Assembly: GCA_947490625.1 (NCBI GenBank)
Contig: CANLHC010000001.1
Coordinates: 1-47,310, forward strand
Direction: 5' to 3'
DNA from: Candidatus Nanopelagicaceae bacterium
Lineage (GTDB): Bacteria > Actinomycetota > Actinomycetes > Nanopelagicales > Nanopelagicaceae
DNA: 47,310 bases
The translations under genes were made by a program, and so were the position numbers. Numbering within the stretch: position 1 is the first letter of the stretch; the number at the start of each line of letters is the position of its first letter. The notes below the pieces were generated by a model, which was not told where the DNA came from, did not search any database, and worked only from the letters and a program-made list of their open reading frames with translations. Shown here piece by piece: positions 1 through 8,353 of this stretch.

Positions 1-51
1 GCTAAGAAAAAAGGCTCTCAGTTAAACGCAAAGAAGAAGACTGGGTTTTAA
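1..51 (+). CDS. Probable 3' end of a CDS running in from the left edge (AKKKGSQLNAKKKTGF*)
   Basis: Frame 1 is open from the edge to TAA at 49-51 and overlaps the ugd stop by 4 nt, like other convergent pairs here. Too short to identify. Confidence 0.35.
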   Translation, partial: AKKKGSQLNAKKKTGF

Positions 52-1358
52 TCCGAACGACCGAGCGCGTGAACACGCCAACCGGCTTTTCGCCACTTAT
101 CGCGGTCCAGCATATTTCTTCCATCGATCAAGAACTTGGATTTAACAAGTCCTCCGATAACCGCTGGATCTAGTTCTCGATACTCTTTCCACTCAGTCAG
201 ATGCAATATCGCATCTGCATCCTTGACGGCATCTGTTACTCGTTCGGCATAATCAAGATGCGGGAACCGCTTACGCGCTGGCTCAATTCCTTTAGGATCA
301 TGAACAACAACAGTGGCTCCGGCGGCTTGCAATTGCGCAGCAATATCCAGTGCTGGGGAATCGCGCACATCATCGCTATCAGGCTTAAATGTTGCACCCA
401 AAACAGCGATTTTGTATTGAGTTAAGTCATCCGATAGATCTGCGCGGACTACATCGATCACTCGTTGGCGAGCACGCAGGTTAATTGCATCTATCTCGCG
501 TAAGAATTCCAGAGCCTGATCTGCCCCAAGTTCTTGGGCGCGCGCCATAAATGCACGAATATCTTTAGGTAGGCAGCCTCCACCAAAACCGATACCGGCC
601 TGCAGGAATCGGTTGCCGATTCTTGGATCATAACCAATAGCTTGTGCAAGAACAGTGACATCTCCACCCGCAGCTTCGCATACTTCAGCCATAGCGTTAA
701 TAAATGAAATTTTCGTTGCTAGAAATGAATTTGCTGCGACCTTGACCAACTCTGCGGTTGGAAGATCTGCTCGCACCCACGGAGTACCGAGCGCAATAAC
801 AGGCTTATAAACTTCCTTGAGAATTTCTTCTGCACGATCATTTGCAACTCCGACAACAAGTCGATTAGGTGTCAACGTATCTTCAACGGCGAAGCCTTCG
901 CGAAGAAATTCTGGGTTCCACGCTAAATCTGCTTGTGGCGCAGTTACTGCTAACTCGGCACGAAGCCCTTGCGCTGTTCCTACCGGCACCGTTGATTTTC
1001 CGACAACAAGTGCGCCATCCTTGAGATAGGGAGCGATCGCTGCCACAGATGACTTTACATATGTGAGATCTGCGGCAAGTCCATCTTTACTTTGGGGAGT
1101 TCCAACACAGATAAAGTGCACATCGGCATCGGCAACCGTGGAAAAGTCGGTGGTGAAGGAGAGTCGACCCGTTTTCATCTCTGCCGCCAAGAGAGTATCT
1201 AATCCAGGCTCATAGAAAGGTAATTTTCCTGCGCTCAGGAGATCAACTTTATTTTGATCTGTATCAACACCCACAACTTCAAATCCAAGCGAAGACATAC
1301 AGGCAGCGTGGGTTGCACCGAGATAACCGCAACCGATTACCGAAAGCTTTAGCGTCAT
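48..1358 (-). CDS. ugd: UDP-glucose/GDP-mannose 6-dehydrogenase
   Basis: Rossmann GCGYLG, KSTVPVGT, NPEFLREG, catalytic GFGGGCLPKD, FKPDSDDVRDSP. Confidence 0.95.
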   Translation of the reverse strand: MTLKLSVIGCGYLGATHAACMSSLGFEVVGVDTDQNKVDLLSAGKLPFYEPGLDTLLAAEMKTGRLSFTTDFSTVADADVHFICVGTPQSKDGLAADLTYVKSSVAAIAPYLKDGALVVGKSTVPVGTAQGLRAELAVTAPQADLAWNPEFLREGFAVEDTLTPNRLVVGVANDRAEEILKEVYKPVIALGTPWVRADLPTAELVKVAANSFLATKISFINAMAEVCEAAGGDVTVLAQAIGYDPRIGNRFLQAGIGFGGGCLPKDIRAFMARAQELGADQALEFLREIDAINLRARQRVIDVVRADLSDDLTQYKIAVLGATFKPDSDDVRDSPALDIAAQLQAAGATVVVHDPKGIEPARKRFPHLDYAERVTDAVKDADAILHLTEWKEYRELDPAVIGGLVKSKFLIDGRNMLDRDKWRKAGWRVHALGRSD

Positions 1359-1365
1359 AGAGGTG

Positions 1366-1371
1366 AGTCTA
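1366..1371 (-). promoter_or_regulatory. -10 element (TAGACT) of a probable leaderless ugd transcript
   Basis: TANNNT hexamer 7 nt before the ATG, no Shine-Dalgarno. Confidence 0.55.
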
Positions 1372-1380
1372 AGGCACGAA

Positions 1381-2502
1381 TTATTTAATCTCGCCGCATG
1401 GATTTTCAGCGGCGGTGCGAGTCTTGAAGTTATCTACTATGACAGGGGTTTGGGAGGGTGATGTGGATGCAGATGGTTCGGGGGTTGGGATGACCTCATC
1501 AATGAGAGGACGATCATTGCGAATGCGATCAAAGAGATCTGCACTCAACACTTCATCCCAAATGACAACAGATCCGACGTTGGAATCTCGTCCATTTGGA
1601 TTACCAATTGGCACGGTAAGAGTTCGGACATTTCCAGAAGATAAATTCTTCATCTGTCGTGCAAGTGTGAGTAGATCATCGGGAGCAAGTCCGGCATCTA
1701 ATTGAACGCTTGCTAGGGAAGCGCTAATAAAGTTCTTAACCTTAAATGGATTGAGCAGGGTTCCTGAACTTGTTGCCTTACGCAGGACTGAGCTCATAAA
1801 TTGTTGTTGTCTTTGCATACGACCGATATCTCCTAGGCCATCAAAGCCACGGGTCCGTACATACTTGAGCGCTTCAATTCCATTAAGCGTATGTACGCCA
1901 GCACTTAACACGAGGTGACTCTTTGGATCATCAATATCAACTTTGGTACAGACTTCAACTCCACCAAGAGCGTCAACTATCTCGGCAAAGCCGGCGAAGC
2001 TGACTTCGATGTAGTGATCAATTTTTACCGCAGTTGCAAGTTCGATTGTTTCGATGAGCAGGGGAGCTCCACCGTAAGCAAATGCAGAATTGAGCTTGCC
2101 AGGGCGAGCAGAAATTATCTTCTCGTTATCCAGACTGCTTATATGTTCTGGGATAGTTACCAAACTATCGCGCGGCAGAGAGATGATGGAGGCGCGATCG
2201 CGAGACTTGCTCAGATGTATGAGCAGCATCGTGTCCGATCGACCACCTGCTGCGGTAGCAGTGCTACCCACCCGCAAATCTCGAATCTGTTGCTTGGTCA
2301 GACCCGCACGATTGTCTGAACCGACGAGAAGGTAAACTTCTGCCTTGGAGATTTTTTCAGGACGATTGTCTACAGAGTTAAAAACATCAATACGGGCTAT
2401 GGAGTCACTAATTTGGCCGAGACCGAAGGAGGAGACCGAAGAGGTCAGCACGATAGCAATCGAAAGTGATGTAATTATCCGAATTGAACGTGTTGATTTC
2501 AC
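1381..2502 (-). CDS. LCP (LytR-CpsA-Psr) family glycopolymer transferase
   Basis: N-terminal hydrophobic anchor; LLVGSDNR, RSDTMLL, SLPRDS, KLNSAFAYGG, YVRTR, DIGRMQRQQ. GTG start 6 nt after TAGTCT. Confidence 0.93.
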   Translation of the reverse strand: MKSTRSIRIITSLSIAIVLTSSVSSFGLGQISDSIARIDVFNSVDNRPEKISKAEVYLLVGSDNRAGLTKQQIRDLRVGSTATAAGGRSDTMLLIHLSKSRDRASIISLPRDSLVTIPEHISSLDNEKIISARPGKLNSAFAYGGAPLLIETIELATAVKIDHYIEVSFAGFAEIVDALGGVEVCTKVDIDDPKSHLVLSAGVHTLNGIEALKYVRTRGFDGLGDIGRMQRQQQFMSSVLRKATSSGTLLNPFKVKNFISASLASVQLDAGLAPDDLLTLARQMKNLSSGNVRTLTVPIGNPNGRDSNVGSVVIWDEVLSADLFDRIRNDRPLIDEVIPTPEPSASTSPSQTPVIVDNFKTRTAAENPCGEIK

Positions 2503-2538
2503 GTGGCAAGACTACTTGGACGATAGCGTGGAGGTGTT

Positions 2539-3537
2539 ATGACATCGCCGAACGCCCCTCTGTCAGCTTTACCTGGCATTAGCGTCATCCTGCCTGTTCT
2601 CAATGAAGAATCGCATCTCGAAGATTCAATTCGCGCGATCCTTGCGCAAGATTACGCTGGTGAATTCGACGTTATCTTGGCGTTAGGTCCATCAAAAGAT
2701 CGCACCAATGAGATCGCAGAGCGACTCTCAGCTGAGAATCCACGCATCATTCTTGTGAGCAATCCCACTGGCCGCACTGCCGCAGGACTCAATCTCGCCC
2801 TCCATCGCTCGACTCGAGAAATTATTGTGCGCGTGGATGCTCATGCAGAAATTCCCTATAACTATCTTCAGTTGATCGTGGAAGTTCTTGCAGACACCGG
2901 TGCTGTCAATGTTGGCGGAGTGATGGGCGCTGAAGGAGTCACACTTTTTGAAAGCGCGGTTGCAGCTGCGATGCGCAGCCCCTTTGGTGTCGGTGGTTCC
3001 AGATTCCATATTGGTGGCAAGGCAGGCTTTGTGGACACCGTTTATCTCGGTGCATTTCTGCGCCAAGCAGTTGTTGATGTCGGAGGCTTTGATGAGCGCT
3101 TCATACGTGCACAGGATTGGGAACTGAATTATCGGTTACGTGAAAGTGGAGGAAAAATTTATTTTGATCCACGTTTACATGTCACATATCGGCCTCGTCC
3201 AAATTTCCGCCGCCTAGCAAAACAATATTTTGAGTATGGTCGATGGCGTCGAGTGATCGCCAGAAAGTATCCAGAGACAATCAATTACAGATATTTAGCA
3301 CCACCACTAGCTCTGATTGGAACGGTACTTTCGCTCTTTGCCGGCGCGCTCATTGATCCGTCGCTCTATCTACCAGCTGCGACATATTTTACATTTATTG
3401 CAATCACCCCACTATTTATCTCAAAAGATCTCATTCACTATCCCGTACTCGTCTTTATTCTCCCCACGATGCATTTTTCTTGGGGATTTGGCTTTCTCAC
3501 ATCACCACGAAAGCTCGTTCCAGACTCTCTAAGGTAA
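2539..3537 (+). CDS. Glycosyltransferase family 2 (ExoA-like) with C-terminal membrane helices
   Basis: VILPVLNEE, RVDAH (DxH), QDWELNYRL, QYFEYGRWR; GGAGG upstream. Confidence 0.9.
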   Translation: MTSPNAPLSALPGISVILPVLNEESHLEDSIRAILAQDYAGEFDVILALGPSKDRTNEIAERLSAENPRIILVSNPTGRTAAGLNLALHRSTREIIVRVDAHAEIPYNYLQLIVEVLADTGAVNVGGVMGAEGVTLFESAVAAAMRSPFGVGGSRFHIGGKAGFVDTVYLGAFLRQAVVDVGGFDERFIRAQDWELNYRLRESGGKIYFDPRLHVTYRPRPNFRRLAKQYFEYGRWRRVIARKYPETINYRYLAPPLALIGTVLSLFAGALIDPSLYLPAATYFTFIAITPLFISKDLIHYPVLVFILPTMHFSWGFGFLTSPRKLVPDSLR

Positions 3538-3548
3538 CCTTGCACTAT

Positions 3549-4376
3549 ATGAGTACTCCAGTGAATGTATATGAGCCTTACCGAGCCGGGTTACCTCCGC
3601 TCGGTGAGTACGGACGCTCCCTTTGGTCGCGCCGCCATTTCATCGCTGAATTCTCTCGCTCACAGTTGCGAGAGCAGAACTATGGGTCAGTCTTCGGTCA
3701 ATTGTGGCTTGTTCTTAACCCGCTACTGCTCTCAGGGGTCTACTTTCTTCTGATTTATATCATCGGTGGAACAGGCGATTCAAATCGCTATGTTCATCTG
3801 ACATCGAGTCTGTTCTTCTTCTATCTGATCGCCAACAGTCTCACCGGCGGAGTGAAGTCAATTACTGCTGGGCAACGATTAATTTTGAATACAGCTTTTC
3901 CTCGAATCATGCTTCCGATTTCAGCCTCAGTCATCGCAGTATTTAAATTTATTCCGACACTCATTGTCTTCTTCGTCATTAGAACAATTATCGGTGCACC
4001 GTTTTCGTGGCAGATGCTCTGGGCAATACCAATCTTTATCCTTGGAGTCCTTATGGGGCTTGGTATGGCAATTACGATCTCTTGCATCAATGTTTACTTC
4101 CGAGATATTGCAAGCCTGCTTCCCTATCTGACACGTAGCTTGATTTATCTTTCACCTATCCTCTACGAAGCATCTTCACTCTCTGATCGCATACGTACCC
4201 TTGAAATTGCTAATCCGATCTTTAATTTACTTGACGCCTGGTCGCAAGTGATGGTCTACGCACAGGCACCGACTTTGAGCTCTGTGCTCATTAGTCTTGC
4301 TTGGGCTCTGACAATATTTTTGATTGGAACCTATTTCTTCCTATCGAGGGAGCGTGATTTCGCTGTCCGTCTCTAG
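3549..4376 (+). CDS. ABC-2 polysaccharide/teichoic-acid exporter permease (Wzm/TagG)
   Basis: YGSVFGQLWLVLNPLL, VYFRDIASLLPY, SPILY, NP motif; about 6 TM helices. Start moved to ATG 3549. Confidence 0.9.
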   Translation: MSTPVNVYEPYRAGLPPLGEYGRSLWSRRHFIAEFSRSQLREQNYGSVFGQLWLVLNPLLLSGVYFLLIYIIGGTGDSNRYVHLTSSLFFFYLIANSLTGGVKSITAGQRLILNTAFPRIMLPISASVIAVFKFIPTLIVFFVIRTIIGAPFSWQMLWAIPIFILGVLMGLGMAITISCINVYFRDIASLLPYLTRSLIYLSPILYEASSLSDRIRTLEIANPIFNLLDAWSQVMVYAQAPTLSSVLISLAWALTIFLIGTYFFLSRERDFAVRL

Positions 4377-4395
4377 CGCGCATCCTCATCACAGT

Positions 4396-5157
4396 ATGGC
4401 TGTTTCGGTGCAATCCGTCGGCCTTACCTATCTCACCTCTGTCGATAAAAAACCAACTTTTAAAGCACGCATAAAACGATTTGGACGCGGCGGAAAGTTT
4501 TCACGCAGAGTCGATGCGATAAACGATGTCAGCATCGACATTCGTTACGGAACGGTCTTAGGAATAATTGGATCTAACGGTGCGGGAAAATCATCCCTGA
4601 TGCGTGTGATCGCTGGAATTATTCCGCCATCAGAAGGGCGTATTGAGGTTTATGGCTCAGTCAGTACCCTCTTAGCCCTCGGTGTGGGATTTAACGCTTC
4701 CCTTACCGGCCGTGAAAATGTGTACCTCGGTGGTTTAGCTGCAGGAATGACTCGTGAAGAAATCGATAATCAATTTGATGAGATCGCCGCTTTTTCAGAG
4801 CTAGGTGAGGCTATTGATTCTCCTATGCGCACGTACTCATCAGGAATGTATGCCCGGCTAGCCTTTTCTGTTGCCGCCACTGTTAAGCCAGATATTTTGA
4901 TTATCGATGAAGCCCTGAGCACAGGAGATGCGCGGTTTAAGGAGAAGAGTCTGAACCGCATTAAGGAGTTGCGCACTGAAGATCGCGCACTCATTCTGGT
5001 CAGCCACGCTTTAGCAACAATTGAAGATGTATGTAATGAAGTGATTTGGCTTGATAAAGGCAGGCTGATGGCTCGGGGAGAACCTCAGCAGATCATCAAC
5101 CAATACCGTGAATTTATGCAGGTAAAGAGGAGTGCTTCATCGGATGAGGATGTCTAA
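4396..5157 (+). CDS. ABC polysaccharide exporter ATP-binding subunit (Wzt/TagH)
   Basis: Walker A GSNGAGKS, YSSGM signature, Walker B IIDEALS. Start uncertain (GTG 4354 or ATG 4396). Confidence 0.92.
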   Translation: MAVSVQSVGLTYLTSVDKKPTFKARIKRFGRGGKFSRRVDAINDVSIDIRYGTVLGIIGSNGAGKSSLMRVIAGIIPPSEGRIEVYGSVSTLLALGVGFNASLTGRENVYLGGLAAGMTREEIDNQFDEIAAFSELGEAIDSPMRTYSSGMYARLAFSVAATVKPDILIIDEALSTGDARFKEKSLNRIKELRTEDRALILVSHALATIEDVCNEVIWLDKGRLMARGEPQQIINQYREFMQVKRSASSDEDV

Positions 5158-6361
5158 GAACTTCATTGCTTTATTGATTGCAACTCTCGCCTTCACTACT
5201 CCCGTTGCGCAAGCTCAAACAGTTCCATCTACATTTGTATTTACGGGCAGTGGCTATGGTCATGGCGTTGGCATGAGCCAATTTGGGGCACGAGCGCTTG
5301 CGCAATCTGGTGAATCTGCCAGTGCAATCCTGAATTACTTTTATAAGGATGTTGAAGTCGCTCCATTTGTTGACACTCATACAATCCGAGTCAGCATTGC
5401 TAATCTTGTAAAGTCAATCTCATTTGCAACACAGACACCAGGTGCTCGATTAGAAGTCTATGAGGGAGATATTGCTCTGACACCTGACGCACTTCCGATT
5501 GCATCCTTTGAAAGCAGGAAACGAGCCACCTTCACATTTGCCTCTCAATCTGTCGCCCTGTCAGCAATTGCGCGCGGAAAGGCTGTCACGCTCCGTTGGG
5601 TAGGAGACGGAGCAATTCTCTCAATGTTCAACGGTAAGACGACGAGTAGATATAAGTATGGATACATCACGATCAAAGTACTTCGTGGAGCACTTGCTGT
5701 AACAAATACGATGTCGCTCAGGGATGAATATCTCTACGGAATTAGTGAAGTTTCATCCAGCTGGCCCAGCGCTGTATTGGAAGCTCAGGTCATTGCATCA
5801 CGAAGTTATGCGCTCTCAAAGTTAGGTGTTGTGCGAGCTGCCTGTGACTGTCAGGTGTATTCACATATCTCTGATCAGAATTTTGTCGGATTTTCTAAGG
5901 AGAGCGAACCTCGCTTTGGCCATCTATGGAAAGCCGCAGTTGATCGAACGATCATTGATTCGACCACGAGCTTAGTTGTGTTGAGTCGAGGTAAACCAGC
6001 ACAAACGTATTTCTTCTCGTCATCTGGGGGAGCCACACAAACTACGTTGGATGCGTGGGGGACTGCAACTGCCTACACGCAGTCAGTGCCCGATACAGCC
6101 AGCGTTGATGTGAAGGTCAATCCTAGATTCGCTTCGTGGAAGGCATCTGCAACTCAAGAATTAGTTGCAAAGGCATTTATATTGCCTGATGTAATCTCTT
6201 TGGAAGTGCTCTCTCGAAACGAAGCTGGCGCAGTCACCTTTATTGCGGCCACATCGTCAACCGGAGTAGTCAAGAAAATTCGTGGCGATACATTTAGAAG
6301 TCGGGTAAAGATTCCTTCTCCTTGGTTTACCGTAGCAAGTACCGCAGATCCGCAAAGCTAG
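5150..6361 (+). CDS. Secreted SpoIID/LytB-domain peptidoglycan hydrolase
   Basis: Signal peptide ending AQA; GHGVGMSQFGA, EYLYGISEV, LEAQVIASRSYA, FFSSSGG. Confidence 0.85.
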   Translation: MSKNFIALLIATLAFTTPVAQAQTVPSTFVFTGSGYGHGVGMSQFGARALAQSGESASAILNYFYKDVEVAPFVDTHTIRVSIANLVKSISFATQTPGARLEVYEGDIALTPDALPIASFESRKRATFTFASQSVALSAIARGKAVTLRWVGDGAILSMFNGKTTSRYKYGYITIKVLRGALAVTNTMSLRDEYLYGISEVSSSWPSAVLEAQVIASRSYALSKLGVVRAACDCQVYSHISDQNFVGFSKESEPRFGHLWKAAVDRTIIDSTTSLVVLSRGKPAQTYFFSSSGGATQTTLDAWGTATAYTQSVPDTASVDVKVNPRFASWKASATQELVAKAFILPDVISLEVLSRNEAGAVTFIAATSSTGVVKKIRGDTFRSRVKIPSPWFTVASTADPQS

Positions 6362-7296
6362 TTTGAGTGAAGAATTGAATTAAGTCCGCCCCACGAACCT
6401 TCACGCATGACAACTTCTAGCGACCCATCAAGTGAATTTCTGCGAAAGAGAAGATTGCTCGCGCCAGAAAGCGTTGCTGCCTTTGCAATGATTCCATCTG
6501 GCAGTCGAACTTTTGCTGCAGCTGTGATGTAAGTTCCCGCCTCGACAACACAATTATCTCCGAGAGAAATTCCTAATCCAGAGTTGGCACCGAGCAGACA
6601 CTTTTTACCGACAGAGATAACTTCTTTGCCACCACCACTCAGGGTTCCCATAATCGAAGCTCCGCCACCGACATCACTTCCATCTCCGACAACGACGCCA
6701 GATGAGATTCGACCTTCAACCATGGAGGTACCGAGTGTTCCAGCATTGAAATTAATAAAGCCTTCATGCATCACTGTTGTTCCGGGTGCTAGATGAGCGC
6801 CAAGTCGTACACGATCTGCATCTGCGATACGAACACCTGAAGGAATCACATAATCAACCATGCGTGGGAATTTATCGACACCGAAAACGCTGACATGTCC
6901 ATCTCTGACTCGAAGTGCTGCACGCACTTCTTCAAATCCATCCACGGCGCAGGGACCCGCTGATGTCCATACAACATTTGCTAGGAGCGAGAAAATCCCA
7001 TCGAGTGCTAATCCATGTGGTTGTACAAAACGATGTGAGAGCAGATGCAATCGTAGGTATGCATCGACTGCATCCGTTGGTGCAGCAGCGAGATTGATCT
7101 CACGAGATACAAGTTCACGTGTAACTTTTCGGATTGGATCTTTTCCAACACAATCTTTGAGAGTTGGTGACGGATCACCAACTAAAGAACCAAGGCTAGG
7201 TGAAGGAAACCAGACATCAAGAACAGTTGACCCGCTCATGGTTGCAATTCCGTGACCCGAAGCTAGGTCCTGGACAAGATGAGATTCAGTCGTCAT
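6358..7296 (-). CDS. dapD: Tetrahydrodipicolinate N-succinyltransferase
   Basis: DAYLRLHLLSHR, VDKFPRMVDYV, RIADADRVRLGAHL, hexapeptide repeats. Start set at ATG 7296, 6 nt after TATTGT. Confidence 0.95.
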   Translation of the reverse strand: MTTESHLVQDLASGHGIATMSGSTVLDVWFPSPSLGSLVGDPSPTLKDCVGKDPIRKVTRELVSREINLAAAPTDAVDAYLRLHLLSHRFVQPHGLALDGIFSLLANVVWTSAGPCAVDGFEEVRAALRVRDGHVSVFGVDKFPRMVDYVIPSGVRIADADRVRLGAHLAPGTTVMHEGFINFNAGTLGTSMVEGRISSGVVVGDGSDVGGGASIMGTLSGGGKEVISVGKKCLLGANSGLGISLGDNCVVEAGTYITAAAKVRLPDGIIAKAATLSGASNLLFRRNSLDGSLEVVMREGSWGGLNSILHSN

Positions 7297-7326
7297 GTGC
7301 TCACAATATCGCCTATCCTTATTTTC
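7297..7326. promoter_or_regulatory. 30-bp bidirectional promoter with back-to-back -10 elements
   Basis: TATTGT on - strand (7303-7308) 6 nt before the dapD ATG; TATCCT on + strand (7314-7319) 7 nt before ATG 7327. Confidence 0.6.
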
Positions 7327-7788
7327 ATGGGGCGACAATCCAAGAACACACTCGCAATTACAGTCCAATGCGCTGCGCCGATTGAAAAAGTCTGGGCTGA
7401 AATTGAAAACTGGAGCGCTCAAGGCAGATGGATGTTATCGACAACCGTCTGGCTGACATCAGAACAACGCACTGGAGTAGGAACCACGATTGCCGCATTC
7501 ACCGGCCCGTTACATAAACGCTATCCAGCGTTTTCTTTCTTGGGATTACTCGACACAATGACAGTGACTACATGGGAGCCGCCCACTCGTTGCGATGTCA
7601 TACATACAGGAGCACCCCTGAAAGGAAGTGGCACCTTTCTGCTGGAAGCAACAGGTCCAGAATCTTCTCTCTTTCATTGGAGTGAGACGATTGAGATTCA
7701 CCGGGCCCTCTTTCTTTTAGGTGCTCCATTTATCTGGTTGGGAGTAAAGATCTCCCTCTGGCGCTTTTCTAGGCTCTTTAAAAATTAA
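7327..7788 (+). CDS. SRPBCC (START/polyketide-cyclase-like) family protein
   Basis: APIEKVWAEIENW..QGRWM, DTMTVTTWEPP pattern; size and position near dapD fit. Confidence 0.75.
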   Translation: MGRQSKNTLAITVQCAAPIEKVWAEIENWSAQGRWMLSTTVWLTSEQRTGVGTTIAAFTGPLHKRYPAFSFLGLLDTMTVTTWEPPTRCDVIHTGAPLKGSGTFLLEATGPESSLFHWSETIEIHRALFLLGAPFIWLGVKISLWRFSRLFKN

Positions 7789-7848
7789 TAGCCCTCGAAA
7801 GAGTTGATTCATCGGCCTGCAGATATTGAGAACGGGTAACCTCGTCCT

Positions 7849-8040
7849 ATGGGAGCGCCGAAGACCCTCGCCGAAGTGCTTGCTGCACTTCCTGAGGAAG
7901 AGCGCATCATCTTGACCCTTTCGTATCTGCGCCGAATGACTACTCCCGAGATCGCTGGGCTCTTAGGCGTACCCGAGAAGTCTGTTGAGGCGGTCATTAC
8001 CTCAGGAAAAGCGCGATTGACGCGCGAATTGGGCATATAG
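7849..8040 (+). CDS. Stand-alone sigma-70 region 4 (HTH) mini-protein, 63 aa
   Basis: LAALPEEERIILTLSY..MTTPEIAGLLGVP..SV matches the region 4 pattern; TAACCT (7837-7842) 6 nt before the ATG. Confidence 0.75.
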   Translation: MGAPKTLAEVLAALPEEERIILTLSYLRRMTTPEIAGLLGVPEKSVEAVITSGKARLTRELGI

Positions 8041-8150
8041 GGCGCTCTCGATTTCATAGATGGCCCGAGGTGCGAGATACTTACGCCCTTACTTTCGAAT
8101 CACCCGCAATCGAAGGTCCAAGCTTTTAACAGGCTTTAAAGGAGTCCATC

Positions 8151-8330
8151 ATGGCAGCTATGAAACCTCGCACAGGTGATGGCCCAATGGAAGTTACCAA
8201 GGAGGCACGCTCACTTGTGATGCGCATCCCTCTTGAAGGTGGCGGACGACTTGTTGTCGAACTCAATCCGACCGAGGCAAATAATCTCAGTGCAGCCCTT
8301 GAAGCCGCTGTTGCACTTATCAAGAAGTAA
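8151..8330 (+). CDS. DUF3117 family protein, 59 aa (not in the ORF track)
   Basis: Translated by hand: MAAMKPRTGDGPMEVTKEARSLVMRIPLEGGGRLVVEL...; AAGGAG RBS upstream. Confidence 0.92.
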   Translation: MAAMKPRTGDGPMEVTKEARSLVMRIPLEGGGRLVVELNPTEANNLSAALEAAVALIKK

Positions 8331-8353
8331 TTTCTCGTAGCTTACGTCTACTT

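Noticed and set aside
6358-7422. Extended ORF-track starts for dapD and others (3480, 7279, 14814, 15668, 17060, 21007)
   Set aside because: The extensions overlap neighbouring genes and lack family similarity; shorter starts fit -10 spacing or stop/start coupling.
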